Under the pieces are notes generated by a model, which worked only from the letters and a program-made list of their open reading frames with translations, ran no database searches and was not told the DNA's origin. A stretch of 63,985 bases of DNA, the filler included, from Conidiobolus incongruus B7586 (taxonomy: Eukaryota): NCBI GenBank assembly GCA_000697335.1. It is 17 parts of 17 records of this genome, joined end to end, with 100 filler letters (N's around TTAATTAATTAA, not from the genome) between each part and the next. Parts side by side here need not be neighbours in the genome. Positions count along the whole stretch, not along the records: positions 44,230 to 51,006 come from JNEM01006866.1; positions 51,107 to 57,052 come from JNEM01006868.1; positions 57,153 to 58,481 come from JNEM01006869.1; positions 58,582 to 59,769 come from JNEM01006872.1; positions 59,870 to 61,385 come from JNEM01006873.1; positions 61,486 to 62,563 come from JNEM01006875.1; positions 62,664 to 63,985 come from JNEM01006893.1; 10 more parts are not named here. One strand, 5' to 3'. The first letter of the stretch is position 1. Each line of letters begins with the position of its first letter. A program made the position numbers and the translations under genes. This document shows positions 50,093 to 62,680 of this stretch, piece by piece.

Positions 50093-51106
50093 CTATAAAA
50101 ATTCAGTTCAATGTGAATCAAATTTTCATGAAAGGGAATCGATCAAAGTTGAACAAAATTAATATATATTTTTTAATAAATTAAGATTTATTATATTTTA
50201 GTTATTAAATAAATTTTTTTAAAGTCAATTTCAATAAATTTTACTAAAAGAGTCATTTAACAAACTTCTCAAAACTCTGAATTCTAGAAAAATCTATAAA
50301 AATTAAAATTAATTATGAAATGATGTTATTAATTGATTAAATAATATGGTTTAATAATTTAGAAAAGCTGTTTTTACAAAGTTTTTAATGAATTTAAATA
50401 CCTAAAATTAAATTAACCAATGATTTTTTTGTTGAAATAATTAATAATTCGATAAATATTGATATTTAAAGTTTTTTGAACTTTTTATTAATTTAATTAT
50501 TAATTTTAGATATGTTTAAAAGCATGATTTTAATGGATGGATCAGTAGTCGATTTTATTCAGTCTAAATTTTTCAATATTTAAATTACTAACGTTATTTA
50601 CAGCTTTTTAGAATTTATTAATTACCTAAATTGATTATTTTTAATAAAACTGAAGATTATTGGAGCCAATCAATTTTTTGTTTTGCTAATTTATTTTGTT
50701 TAAAACTAATTAAATTCCTCTATACTTAATAACTTAAAAAATAAAATCTTTTAAATTTCTTAAATATTGCTATTTTAAATATTATATATATTGTTTTGGT
50801 TAATATAATATGTTTGAAGTTATTTTTAAAGCAGATAAATAAGAGAATAACTTGATTAATTATTTTATTATAATAAATTTAATATTTTTTAAATTTTTCT
50901 CAAAATATTATTAATATAAAAAATATTATATTAAATAAATTTACTCTTTATTTTTGTTAAAAAATATATTAATTTATTTTGAAATATTATATAAAATAAT
51001 TATATANNNNNNNNNNNNNNNNNNNNNNNNNNNNNNNNNNNNNNNNNNNNTTAATTAATTAANNNNNNNNNNNNNNNNNNNNNNNNNNNNNNNNNNNNNN
51101 NNNNNN

Positions 51107-51434
51107 ATAATATTAATTTTGCTTGATATAAGATATTAATTGATTTTATACTTTATAAACTTAAAAAAGTTAGAAAAATAAAAGATAGATATATTAAATA
51201 TTAATTTCCTTATTATAACTAATATCTAACAATTTATAACTTATTTTAATTAAACTTTTAACTTTAATATATCAATTAAGAACTAATTTAGTTTAATTAT
51301 AACTATTTTTTTTAAATAAAAAATATATATTAATTATATTGTTTAATATAAGTTTATTTAAATTAGAATTAATTAAGATATTAATAAAAATCTTTATATT
51401 TTTAATTTTATGACTCATTTTTGAAACCTGGTTT
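51107..51434 (+). mobile_element. Tc1 family B 3' fragment
   Basis: Transposase C-terminus (KLKKVRKIKDRY) and degenerate right TIR ATTTTATGACTCATTTTTG. Confidence 0.75.
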
Positions 51435-53378
51435 ATATAAGTTAAAATTATATTTTTATTTCTTTATTTTGTAGATATTAATATTAGAATAAATAATATG
51501 TTTGATAAAACCAAATTAAAAAAATCTTCTAATTTATAATATTAAATTAATATTTCCTTTTATATATTTTAACTTAAATATTTTTTCATTTATTTTATAT
51601 ATTTTTAATATCAGGTAACTTTAATATATATTTAAAATAAATATCCTCTTAAGTTTTTTAATAGATATTTCGAAACTTTAATTATATAGGTTATTATAAT
51701 GCATTTTAACCTTTAATATATTTATTTTTCAAAATTTGCATTATTAATTAATTTGTTTATAATGAATAATATCAAATAAATTTTAACTTTTTTAATTCTA
51801 ATTTCATAAAGAATTAAAAATTTATAAAATTTCTTATTTAAACACTTGTACTATTATCATAAATATATAATTTTAGTTGAATATAAAACTTCATTAATCA
51901 GTTTTGTCAACTTTTAAAATATTTTGAGTAGAATCAAATCATTATATATTATAGTTAATTCGATAATAAGATTCAAAATATTGAGCTTTATTTTACTAAT
52001 GTATTATCTTAAAATTGAATTGTTTTACTTAATGCAGTTAAATATTATCTTGATTTTTACTGAATAGGCGCTATATTTTGCAAAACCACTATACAATAAT
52101 CAACAATATTTCACTATATCAATTTTTTGTTCATTAAATGAAAATTTTTACTTTTTCACTGAATTTGAACAATTTCCTGAATAGTCATATAAAAAATTTT
52201 TTTAAGCTTCAATAATTTTATAAATAAATTATGTATTTTTGATTAATCAAAAGTATATTGGATTTCAAAATATAATTATTATATAATTCTGATTATTAGG
52301 ACCCAACTTAAGTAAAAAATACCTTATTGCCAATATATTTTATTATTTAACAAGTCCAGATGTATACTATTGTATTCAACCTTAAAAAAATTTAAATTGA
52401 AAATCAGTAAAATATGATGTAAAAACTTAACTCCAGTCACATTAATATTAAAAATCATATTTGTTTGATATAATTCATAGTAATGATGGTTTTATATGAT
52501 TTAACTTTGCATTAGACTTGTCAAAAGGTTACCATTCTTTTTCCATAAGGGGATAAATAGAATAAATGACAAATGAATTATATATTATTAATTTGAATTT
52601 TTCATCCAATAAAATTACCAATACAATTTACTAATATTATAAATAGAATTGTTTAGATTATTGGGAATAGTTTGAATATCTTATGCAGTATTTTTTAAGG
52701 TTTTGCATCATTAAAAAATTGGTTAACAGCACACTAATTTCTTTAAACTATGAATAACACTCAGAGCTCAGTTTAAGGAGGTCAATTTAAATTAGGTAAG
52801 GTTAAAATCGGATATTATACAAATTGAAATTGATTCAAATAAACTCATTTAAAATATTAATTGGATAGTGAATACTATGAAAATATATTACTTTTCTATT
52901 AAGAAATTCTGAGATGTTACCAAATAATATACGAGTCTCATTAGAGACACATCTTTAAACATGTTACACTCAACAAGACAAAATAGGGAGTACTTATTTC
53001 ATAAAATGAAATTTAATACGTAGTCATTTTTCCTTGGATCTTCAATCACACATTATTCATAAAACAATCTGGGTGCGGCTTTCTACTAAACATATCACAT
53101 AAATTAGACTTCATAATGATTTCACTTGTATCAATAACCTATTATATGCGAATCAAATTTAAGTTTCCTTTTTTATTCAATTAAAATAAAATACAAATTG
53201 AAATTTATTACTTAATTCCTAAAATGCAACACATGGATTAATCTATTCTGGATTTGAGGTATAAATAAATGGATTATTCTTTGATGTAAACCTCATTTAA
53301 CTAAATTCACTTCCATCGCTCCTTTTCTCTTTTCATCCATGTATTATAATTTTATTGTTATCTAACTGCATTAGTTAA

Positions 53379-55220
53379 ATGGGCCCCAGAACTTCTAAAC
53401 CTCCAAACATTTCAACTCAAGGTTCTTTTTACTCTTTTCAACTCAATGCTTCTGCCGCCCCTACAGATAGTGTTCCTGTAGAGGATCCTTTTCATCAAAG
53501 TATTAACAAGCGACCTGCCCCCTCGGCGAAAAAGTCTCTTATTTTTCAAATTAAAGAACGAATTGATATATTAGAAAATTCCGTAAAATCATATTGTGCT
53601 CTGATAGACTCTCTTCCCTCTGTCAAAGAATCAAAAATACTCCCTCTCGATACTTCAGAAGATGACAATAATTCAGTAGATAGCTCTGATAAAGAAAGCA
53701 TCGATGAAGTTCTAATTTCTAATACAGTTACTTTAATCACGCGCCAGCTTGCTAGAAAACCCAAAATTCAACAAACACCTGTATATAATAACCTTTCTAA
53801 TAATCTTGTATCTTTATTTTTCACACTCGATGAGCACTTTGCATTACCAAAAATATTGGATATCCCTCAATTTTTCAATACTGAATCAAGACCCTCTTAT
53901 CTATTAAACGCCATGTACTCTTTATCTAGTCAATACTCATCTCATCCAGATCTTGTATCTGCGAAATTCGATTGCTCACAATATTTTTATGAACACTCGA
54001 TGAATGAAATTATCTTAGCCTACCATTCTCCATCTTTGGAACTTATTCAATCTTTGGCTATTTTAAGTGTAGTTGATTTAATTCGAGGCTATACTACTAA
54101 GGGTCATCTGAGGATTGGTGAGGCAGTAAGATTGGCTCAATTTCTTCGATACCATGAAATTGATGAAGAGGATTGTATGGTCTTTAGCCATCTATCCGAA
54201 GTTGAAAAAGACCGTATACGCCATCTATGGAATGTTTTAGTAAGGCTGGATTATGGCATTTCTCAGTTCATCGATCGACCCAATTTCGTTGGAGTGACAA
54301 GTTTACCTAAATTCAAACCTCCTAAAAAAATTCAAACCTATGCTGATACGCAAATTATTATCTTTACCAAGTCTCAACTCCCTTCACCGATGAAAATGTA
54401 TTATGAACAGCTAATGGGACTAGTCAAAATCATGTGGGATATTAGTAGTTTTGCTAACCCACCTGAGCTTAAATTAAACGATGGATTTATTGAAGAAATT
54501 TTTAAAAGGATCCAAACAATCGACCAGCGATATAACCAACTCCCTAAGCTGTTGAGATACCATAAGAAATTGTTCAACTCTACTAATTTTCAAATGACAT
54601 CATTTTCTCAAAAAATCATCATGCTATATGTAATTTTTCATTCCGCAAAAATCTATACTCATATATTTTTATTTACTAAATCTGAGTATGTGATGCAGTT
54701 TCCTACCATGTTAAGCATGGCGTATAATGCGGTAATTTCCTGCAACGGAATTGCTAGAATTTTAAAGGATTATGCCAGTCTTCAGTCTAAATGTCAGGAC
54801 TCAAAGGTGACCAATGCCAATAGCCCATCCTCCAATTCTGAAATTCCTGCTGAATACGATAATCCACCATGTTTCCCCAGTTCTTATTGCCATTACACTG
54901 GGTTATGCTATGTTTCAATATTGAAATATATCAAACTATTGAAGCTTTACAATGTACCCTACTATGAGCCACAGGATGATTGTCCAATATATTTCGTAGT
55001 GAATGAGCAGAATGTAATTAAAAAATTCCACTCTTTGATTAGAACGATTAAGCGATTCCAATCCAGATGGGAGGGCGCCAGTGAATTTATTCCTAAACTC
55101 ACTTCTGCAATGCAGTCTATCGAGTCGGATCCTCATAGTTTTCTTGACTTTCACTTTGAAAATGAAGCGATTTGGGGTGGTTATATCGACCCTTGGAAAT
55201 TTATGTATACATCTAATTAG
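53379..55220 (+). CDS. Fungal-specific transcription factor (middle homology region) protein, no Zn2Cys6 cluster visible
   Basis: 613 aa; LVSLFF, YLLNAMYSLSSQY, PSLELIQSLAILS, IGEAVRLAQFLRYH, EVEKDRIRHLW..LD..RP pattern; coiled coil KERIDILEN. Confidence 0.8.
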   Translation: MGPRTSKPPNISTQGSFYSFQLNASAAPTDSVPVEDPFHQSINKRPAPSAKKSLIFQIKERIDILENSVKSYCALIDSLPSVKESKILPLDTSEDDNNSVDSSDKESIDEVLISNTVTLITRQLARKPKIQQTPVYNNLSNNLVSLFFTLDEHFALPKILDIPQFFNTESRPSYLLNAMYSLSSQYSSHPDLVSAKFDCSQYFYEHSMNEIILAYHSPSLELIQSLAILSVVDLIRGYTTKGHLRIGEAVRLAQFLRYHEIDEEDCMVFSHLSEVEKDRIRHLWNVLVRLDYGISQFIDRPNFVGVTSLPKFKPPKKIQTYADTQIIIFTKSQLPSPMKMYYEQLMGLVKIMWDISSFANPPELKLNDGFIEEIFKRIQTIDQRYNQLPKLLRYHKKLFNSTNFQMTSFSQKIIMLYVIFHSAKIYTHIFLFTKSEYVMQFPTMLSMAYNAVISCNGIARILKDYASLQSKCQDSKVTNANSPSSNSEIPAEYDNPPCFPSSYCHYTGLCYVSILKYIKLLKLYNVPYYEPQDDCPIYFVVNEQNVIKKFHSLIRTIKRFQSRWEGASEFIPKLTSAMQSIESDPHSFLDFHFENEAIWGGYIDPWKFMYTSN

Positions 55221-57152
55221 CCCAATATTTTGATTACATTATTATTGATTAATATTTGTAAATTATATAAACTAACTTGGATATTTTAAAAAATTATTAT
55301 CCAGATTCCAAAGTAATTTAATCTAAAAAGATTATTGATTGTATATTTTGATATTTAAAATCCAGGATAATATCAATTGATTTAAAGAATCAAATGATTA
55401 GTAAACATTTATAGTCAAATTTTAATCTGTTTAGCTGAATGAGTATGATCAAATAGGGAGAGTGGTTTAAGTTTTGATATTAAACTTGAAATTTATATAA
55501 TAAAAATCTTTCAATTCCTTATTAGGAAAAAATTATATGGATCGTTAAATGCATACCAAACTTTAAATTTTCAAATGCTGGTATAAGGTTTGAAAATTTT
55601 AAAAAATAATAATAAAGTGAATTAATATTTAAAATATACTATTAACAGAGAAAAAATTAAAGTTATATATAATGGGGAAAAATTATTTAAGTATAATTGA
55701 TGAATTATCAACATAAGACTAATCATACTCCTTGTTAATATAATATAATGTTTGAAATATGAAAAATTAGACGCAAGGAAATTGAGTCGGCCCTGAAATC
55801 AATTATCTGGCCAAATATCCGTTATAAACAAGTAATCGGTATAGTGTTCTATTTATGCAAATTCCTTTCTTTTTTTCACCTTTGACTATTTAGAAGAGCT
55901 TAATGTTATCAAATAATATTGATTCAATTGACTATCCAATATAAAATCTTATAGTTAAAATGGGTGAAATAGATATTTGAGAAAATGAGAGATGAACCAA
56001 CACAAATAGAATTTGATTGATCCATAAAATATCGAACTAGATCTTAGATTCGGCAAAATTTCCTTTATAATCACTCAAACCATAATGTTTAAAAGAAATT
56101 ATGATTTATTTTAATTTTTCGAACAATTAATAAGTATTTGATAATATATTTGATAAAGTTCCTGGTAGTATCTAAAATAAGTACTGAAACTCTGCAGATT
56201 TGTATAAATTCAAAATCAAATTATGAAAACTTTCTAATCTAGGCCTATCGGTACCAAATACGGAAGTGAATTTATTCATTATTAACGTATTGAAATTTAA
56301 CTTGAATTTGATTCAAATTGCACTATTCAAATTTTCAACTTAACATTAACAATATAAATTATTACAAAATTATTATTAAATTTATAATTTTAATATATTC
56401 TGAGGAAAGATTTATATAAGTATTATTACTTATTAAAGTTTCTTTTTTTCTAGTCTATTATCATATTCTGATCCTTTTCACAAAATATTTGTCAAGTTAA
56501 ATGAATAAAATTGAATAAAATTTCATATTCTCAATATTTCCCAATGCAGTAATTCACTAAAATGTCAAATTTAAATAAATTATTAAAAATCTTATAAAAA
56601 GATAAACATATTGAAAAATAATGATATAATTAGTATATCAATTTAATAAAATTTATAGAACGTTATAGACTATTTTGGCAATGACAAAGTTCATAAAGAA
56701 AAATAAATTACCTCAATTATAATGCAAAAATTATTTAATATATTTATTATATGTTAATTTAGGTCAATGGGAATATGTAAAAAATAGTTAATTAATACTC
56801 ATTATTCTTTAAAGTTGATAGTTTATTCATGATCCTTAAAGATTGTTGTAATATAATATTTATAATTAAAATATCAATATATAAGTAATTTTTTAATAAA
56901 TATTATATCAAATATTTGAATATTTAATATTATCACTATTAATATTATTTTAATAATATATTGATATTAATTTATAATATTATATTTTGAAATCCTATAA
57001 TACTTAATATTAAATTATTATATAATCAAAAGATTTTATATTAGATTATTTANNNNNNNNNNNNNNNNNNNNNNNNNNNNNNNNNNNNNNNNNNNNTTAA
57101 TTAATTAANNNNNNNNNNNNNNNNNNNNNNNNNNNNNNNNNNNNNNNNNNNN

Positions 57153-58404
57153 AAATAAAAAAATATATACAAAACAAATAGGAAAATAAATAGTTTTTAA
57201 TTATATATATATATATATATAATAACTTTTTTGATTAAAAAAATAATTTTTTAAAATTAATTGTTTAATTTAATTATGCTTAAACTAAATAGTAACCATC
57301 AAAAGTTTTTTATTTTAGTATTAGTAAAACTTAACTATAAACCCTCTAACATTATTTAAAATTTACAAGCAGCTTTTAGTAATAAAACATTATTTAAATT
57401 AACAATTTATTACTAGATAAATTATTTTAAAGCTAAAAGAGAAACTACCTAAAACTTATTAAAATTTAAAAAATTAATTTCAACTGTTACTTTTTTAATT
57501 GTTAATAAAGTAAAAAAATATATTAAAAAATATTTTTTTAATTTAGTTAAAAAATTATCAAGATATTTTAATATTAGTTATATAAGTATTATATATATAT
57601 TAAAGTTTAAATTAAAATTAATTAATAAAAATATAAAATAGGTACCTTATAATTTAACTAAAGCTTAAAAAAAAGCTAGAGTAGTTATTATTAAATAAAA
57701 CTTACTAAGGTATAGCTAGAAACTAAAGCTTTTACAATGAATTATTATAATTGATAAATCTTAGATTCTTTTGTATAATCCTTTATTAAAACATAAATCA
57801 AAGTGTTAGATTAAGTTAAATTAATCCCCTCTACAAATTCATTTAAATAAATACTTAATTAATAAATAAATGTTAATTATTATAATAGATTATAATAGTA
57901 TATGTTATTTTTATTTAGTTTCTAAAGAAAAATTAATTAATAATAAACTTTATATTTCTTTTTTAAATAAAACTATTTCTAATTGGTATTTTCAATATAA
58001 TTTCAGAAAACCAATTATTTTACATAATAATTATAAAATATATAAATTTAAAGTTATAAAAAACTTTTTAATTAAAAATAATTGGAAAAAACTACCATAT
58101 TTAATATATTCTTTAGATTATAACCTATGTAATTATAATTGTTTTAAGCAATTAAAAAACTAGCTTACAAAAAAGAAAATTTCTACAAAAAAATTTAATT
58201 GGTTTATAAAACATTAAATTTTAGTTTTTAATAAAAAGAATTATTTTTTAGGTATTAGATCTTTATTAAAAGTATAGCAAAAAGTTATTAGAAATAAAAA
58301 AAAATCATTAATTTTATTATATATATTATTTTTAATTTTTATATATTAAAATGTTTATTTTTTTTCTATTGCAAAAAATTCCCATTATTTAAATTACAAA
58401 GTAA
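57153..58404 (+). mobile_element. Mariner copy A5, left end in gap
   Basis: Colinear with A3; right TIR AATTCCCATTATTTAAATTACAAAGTAA then TA; ORF 57870 is a remnant. Confidence 0.9.
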
Positions 58405-58581
58405 TATTTTGAAATTAAAATATTTATTTGTTATTAATAACTTTTAATTATTTTTTTAATGTTTCTAAAATTTAAAAAAAANNNNNNNNNNNNNNNNNNN
58501 NNNNNNNNNNNNNNNNNNNNNNNNNTTAATTAATTAANNNNNNNNNNNNNNNNNNNNNNNNNNNNNNNNNNNNNNNNNNNN

Positions 58582-59769
58582 ATTTTTTTTATTAGTATTA
58601 TTATATTTAAATCCCTCTCTAAAAAAATCTACTTGTATATTAATTAACTTTATAAAGAAGGTAAATCAACTTGTGATATTGTTAGAATTACTAGTGTTAG
58701 TTAATCTACTATAGTTAAAATTGTTAAGAATAACAATAAAAAAACATTTAAACTTAAATTTAAGTATATTAAAATTATAAATAAATATAATAAGAAGTAT
58801 ATTTATAGGTTAGTTAATATAAGTAAATGTGGTACTATTATAAAAATACAACAAGAACTATAAAACTATATAAGAATATTAGTTAACACTAATATTATTA
58901 TATATACTTTATATTAACATAGATACCACTTACACTTTAAGAAAAAACACCCTTAATTAAAAAAATCCTACTGTAAAACTAGGTGGGAGTTTAAATATCA
59001 TTATTAATATTAAACTAAAACTAATTAGAGTAAAGTTATTTAATTTAATAAAACAAAAATATACTTTAGTAAATTTAATAAAAAAGCTAAATATTTTAAA
59101 AAAGATACAAAACTACTTTATGACTATTATGTTAATTTTACCTAAAAATATAATAGTAGGTTAATTATTATTTAAGGATATATGTTGTTTTTAGGTATAA
59201 AGTATCTTTATAAAGTTAATAAAGGAATTAATACTAAAATATATTAAAGTATTCTAAATAATAAATTAAAAAAAACTATTGAATAATATAAGTTAAACAA
59301 ATCTAATGTTATTTTCTAGTAAGATAATACTTTTTATTATACTACAGCTTTTATTACCAAATAGCTTAAAAATAACAAGATAATAGTTATAAAATAACCT
59401 CTTTAATTTTTTAATTTTAATTTAATTAAACACTTTTAGGATTAATTAAAAAAAACTATTAAAGCTTTCCCCCTAGTAAAAAATTTAAATCAACTTTAAA
59501 AATATGTTTAAGAAATATAAAACAAGATTAATTTTTCTTAATGTAAAAAGTTAGTTGATTCTATACCCTACAAACTTAAAGAAGTTAAAAAAATTAAAGG
59601 TAAATACATTAAATTTTAATTTTTTTTTATTATTAAAAACCTACAAATTTATAATTTACTTTAGGTAAAATTTAAAGGTTTATATTTTAACAAATTAATA
59701 ACTAAATATTATTATTTAATAATATATATAACTAATAAATATAATAGATTTTAATTATTTAATTTAGGT
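58582..59769 (+). mobile_element. Tc1 family B internal portion between gaps
   Basis: Colinear with about 38380-39565. Confidence 0.9.
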
Positions 59770-59869
59770 NNNNNNNNNNNNNNNNNNNNNNNNNNNNNNN
59801 NNNNNNNNNNNNNTTAATTAATTAANNNNNNNNNNNNNNNNNNNNNNNNNNNNNNNNNNNNNNNNNNNN

Positions 59870-61385
59870 ATATATAAAAAGTAAAAATAATAATTTCTTT
59901 TATTTCTAATAACTTTTTGCTATACTTTTAACAAAGATCTAATACTTAAAAAATAATTCTTTTTATTAAAGACTAAAATTTGATGTTTTACAAACCAATT
60001 AAATTTTTCTGTAGAAATTTTTTTTCTTGTAAGCTTGTTTTTTAATTGCTTAAAGCAATTATAATTATATAAGTTATAATCTAAAGAATATACTAGATGT
60101 GGTAGTTTTTTCTAGTTATTTTTAATTAGAAAGTTTTTTACAACTTTAGATTTATGTATTTTACAATTATCATGTAAAATAATAGGTTTTGTTAAATTAT
60201 ATTAAGAATACTAATTAAAAATAGTTTTATTTAAAAAAGAAATATAAAATTTACTATTAATTAATTTTCTTTTAAAAACTAAATAAGAATAGCATATGTT
60301 ATTATAATTTATTATAACAATTAATATTCACTTATTAATAAAGTGTTTATTTAAAGGAATTTATAAAGGGGGTATATTTAACTTAATCTAACACTTTAAT
60401 TTATATTTTAATATAAGATTATATTAAAGAATCTAAGATTTATTAATTATAATAATTTACTATAGAAGTTTTAGTTTCTAGTTATACCTTAATAAATTTT
60501 ATTTAACAATAACTACTCTAGTTTTTTTTAAGTTTTAGTTAAATTATAAGGTATTTATTTTATATTTTTATTAATTAATTTTAATTTAAAATTTAATATA
60601 TATAAAATACTTATGTAATTAATATTAAAGTAATTTGATAATTCTTTAACTAAAATAAAATAATATTTTTTAATATAATTTTTCACTTTATTAATAATTA
60701 AAAAAGTAATAATTAAAATTAATCTTTTAGATTTTAATAGGTTTTATGTTAAGAGACTAATTTTTTAAATTCTTATATATATTTTCATATAATTCAATTA
60801 ACTATAAATTAAATAATTAATTTATACTTTTATAACTAAATTAATTATATAGATAACATTAAATTATCTAATAAACTAGGTTTTTTTTCTTCTTAATACT
60901 TACTATTCTTTATCTTTTTTATTATTTCTAAGTTTAAAACTATATCCTATTAATATTATAATATATTAACACTACCTAATATAAATCTTAATATATTAGT
61001 GATTTATTTTAGTTTGAAGCTTAATTAAACTTTGTTTATATTTGTACATTATAGCTATATTATAATATCACATTCTATGTCATATTACTTTTATATTAAG
61101 TTTTCCTCTATACTATATTAGTATTTATCATTATACTTTTATTTTAAGTAATTTCTCTTTTAGTTTTAAAATAATTTACCTAGTAATAAATTATTAATTT
61201 AGATAATATTTCATTATTAAAAGTTGTTTGTAAATTTTAAATAATTTTAAAAGGTTTGTAGTTAAGTTTTACTAATGCTAAAATAAAAAACTTTTGATGG
61301 TTACTATTTAGTTTAAGCATAAATAAATTAAATAATTAATTTTAAAAAATAAATTTTTTAATTAAAAAAATTATTATATATATAT
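59870..61385 (-). mobile_element. Mariner copy A6 (minus) with nested solo LTR
   Basis: Reverse complement of the A5/A7 sequence, interrupted at 60747. Confidence 0.88.
60747..61141 (+). mobile_element. Solo LTR of the 34817 family
   Basis: Aligns with 34817-35215; 5-bp TSD TTTTA at 60742 and 61142; removal restores the mariner. Confidence 0.85.
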
Positions 61386-61485
61386 NNNNNNNNNNNNNNN
61401 NNNNNNNNNNNNNNNNNNNNNNNNNNNNNTTAATTAATTAANNNNNNNNNNNNNNNNNNNNNNNNNNNNNNNNNNNNNNNNNNNN

Positions 61486-62563
61486 CAAATAGGAAAATAA
61501 ATAGTTTTAAATTATATATATATATATATATAATAACTTTTTTGATTAAAAAAAATAATTTTTTAAAATTAGTTATTTAATTTAATTATGTTTAAACTAA
61601 ATAGTAACCATCAAAAGTCTTTTATTTTAGTATCAATAAAACTTAACCATAAACCCTTTAAAATCATTTAAAATTTACAAATAGCTTTTAATAATAAAGT
61701 ATTATCTAAATCAACAATTTATCACTAGGTAAATTACTTTAAAACTAGGAAAAAAATTACCTAAAAATAGTTAAAATCTAAAAAATTAATTTCAACTGTT
61801 ATTTTTTTAATTGTTAATAAAGTAAAAAAACATATTAAAAAACACCTTTTTATTTTAGCTAAAGAATTATCAAGGTACTTTAATATTAGTCACATAAGTA
61901 TTTTATATATATTAAAGTTTAAATTAAAATTAATTAATAGAAATATAAAATAAATATTTTATAATTTAACTAAAGTTTAAAAAAAAGCTAAAGTAGCTAT
62001 TGTTAAACAAAACTTACTAAAGTATAACTAGAAACCAAAGCTTTTATAGCAAATTATTATAATTGATGAATCTTAGATCCTTTTGTATAATCCTTTATCA
62101 AAACATAAATCAAAGTGTTAGATTAAGTTAAATCAACCCCCTTTATAAATTCCTTTAAATAAATACTTTATTAATAAATAAATGTTAATTATTATAATAG
62201 ATTATAATAGCATATGCTATTCTTATTTAGTTCCTAAAGGAAAATCAATTAATAATAAACTTTATATTTCTTTTTTAAATAAAACTATTTCTAATTGGTA
62301 TTTTTAATATAATTTGAGAAAACCTATTATTTTGCATGATAATTATAAAATATATAAATCTAAAGTTGTAAAAAACTTTTTAATTAAAAATAACTGGAAA
62401 AAACTACCATATCTAATATATTCCCTAGATTATAACCTATGTAATTATAATTGTTTTAGGTAATTAAATAACCAGCTTATAGGAAAGAAAATTTCTGCAG
62501 GAAAATTTAATTAGTTTGTGAAACATCAAATTTCAGTCTTTAATAAAAAGAACTGTTTTTTAG
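61486..62563 (+). mobile_element. Mariner copy A7, both ends in gaps
   Basis: Retains IDES and LHDN (about 62332) catalytic motifs; multiple stops. Confidence 0.9.
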
Positions 62564-62680
62564 NNNNNNNNNNNNNNNNNNNNNNNNNNNNNNNNNNNNN
62601 NNNNNNNTTAATTAATTAANNNNNNNNNNNNNNNNNNNNNNNNNNNNNNNNNNNNNNNNNNNNTATTTAAATAAAATATA

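Larger units (their letters stand above)
16315..62663. other. Sixteen artificial 100-nt scaffold gaps carrying the six-frame stop linker TTAATTAATTAA (range spans first to last gap)
   Basis: Gaps start at 16315, 25387, 26782, 29604, 34554, 35684, 37328, 40301, 42240, 44130, 51007, 57053, 58482, 59770, 61386, 62564. Confidence 0.97.

Noticed and set aside
59870..62563. Head-to-head mariner pair as composite transposon
   Set aside because: Copies are separate contigs bounded by gaps; order and orientation unreliable.
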